Part shown: piece by piece, positions 63,146 through 64,000 of the stretch | Layout of the letters: every line of letters begins with the position of its first letter | Position numbering within the stretch: the stretch's first letter is position 1 | Origin: Amphiscolops sp. MND2022 | Lineage: Eukaryota | Assembly (NCBI GenBank): GCA_964187785.1 | Contig: OZ076409.1 | Coordinates: 37,822,001-37,886,000 of the forward strand | Length of the DNA stretch: 64,000 bases | Direction of reading: 5' to 3' | Translations under genes and position numbers: made by a program | The notes under the pieces: model-generated | The model's database searches: none | The model's input: the letters and a program-made list of their open reading frames with translations, nothing else | What the model was told of the DNA's origin: nothing

Positions 63146-64000
63146 TTGCCTACTACAAGAAAACAAAAGCAAGCGAGAAAATCGAGAGGAATAGAGATGC
63201 TCTCAGATATAGAAAACTTAGATATTATGCTTGGCAAAAACCACTATGACAGAAATGAAAAGGAAGAAAGCATCATTAGTAATCATGCTAGGAGACCGAG
63301 AAGTCTCTCAAGAGACGAGTTTGAAAACAATGACGAGAATAATTACTTAGAAACGGGTAGTTTGGCTCCCAGTACAAGTGCCAATCATGGCCAAAACTCG
63401 TCAGGAGGCAATTCAAGTGCTGAGATCAATAGATTGTCCAGTGAGTTGAATTCGAGGCTATCTAGAGAACTTGATGATATGATGAGTAGTGTTAATACCC
63501 AGATCCAGAGAGCAATCAACGACGCGATCAGTGGTCAAATTATACCACAAATCCAATCTGCCTTAAGTGCCGGATCTGGACAGTCGACACTAAATAAATG
63601 GAACATTCCGTCCGAGAGACCTGAAGCGAATTCCGAAGAAACCTATAGTGAGAAAGCCAAGAAGAGCAATAGAAGTGAGCAACGCTTTGATTGCCAAAAC
63701 GGCAGTCAGCCTAACTTGCGTGCTTACGACATGGTGACAGGAGACAACGAATCTCCAATCGAGGCTCCTGAGTTTCTCACGGGACGAATGCCACCAAGAA
63801 ACCATCTTCACAGTTCCCATGACAACTTCGATCCACTACTAGACACGACGATCCCAGCACAAGAAAGAAATGCTCAGACCCCTGAACTAGACCCCATAAA
63901 CCGACTGGCTGATGTCCTGACAAGCATGCAAAATCGTCCTTCAGCCCAACAGCTCACTATCCGCCCAGTCAACTCAAACACAATGACTTTCGATGGCAAA
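63146..64000 (+). CDS. gag-like ORF of another retroelement, running off the window
   Basis: 285 stop-free codons from TTG 63146 (first ATG 63197), absent from the ORF track; ends ...LADVLTSM...IRPVNSNTMTFDGK, with an FDG motif typical of Gag capsid starts. Confidence 0.65.
   Translation, partial: MPTTRKQKQARKSRGIEMLSDIENLDIMLGKNHYDRNEKEESIISNHARRPRSLSRDEFENNDENNYLETGSLAPSTSANHGQNSSGGNSSAEINRLSSELNSRLSRELDDMMSSVNTQIQRAINDAISGQIIPQIQSALSAGSGQSTLNKWNIPSERPEANSEETYSEKAKKSNRSEQRFDCQNGSQPNLRAYDMVTGDNESPIEAPEFLTGRMPPRNHLHSSHDNFDPLLDTTIPAQERNAQTPELDPINRLADVLTSMQNRPSAQQLTIRPVNSNTMTFDGK

Overview
Eukaryotic, AT-rich, animal-like DNA dominated by nested transposable elements. (1) About 1-14573 is a decayed Ty3/Gypsy LTR retrotransposon (E1) whose 5' LTR lies upstream of the window. 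It has a long non-coding leader, gag, an apparently tandem protease region, RT/RNase H, integrase, and a long post-integrase extension with an AT-hook, a Cys cluster and two putative TARG1/OARD1-type macrodomains. (2) A CR1/L2-type LINE at about 17.7-22.5 kb carries a TA-flanked MITE. Its 3' end lies in a 2.7-kb tandem duplication. (3) The second copy of that duplication is interrupted by a young non-autonomous LTR element (E2, 26811-32309) that shares LTR, leader and pre-PPT sequence with E1 but carries one orphan ORF instead of gag-pol. (4) Four phase-compatible + strand exons of a host gene (33991-57354) have introns containing a Tc1 element, a decayed minus-strand Gypsy, a BEL/Pao fragment, Helentron/DINE-1-like elements and MITEs. 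(5) There are five long fold-back palindromes, three of them perfect, spacer-less and centred on TATA. (6) A gag-like ORF runs off the right edge. All calls were made by eye from motifs; no database searches were run.
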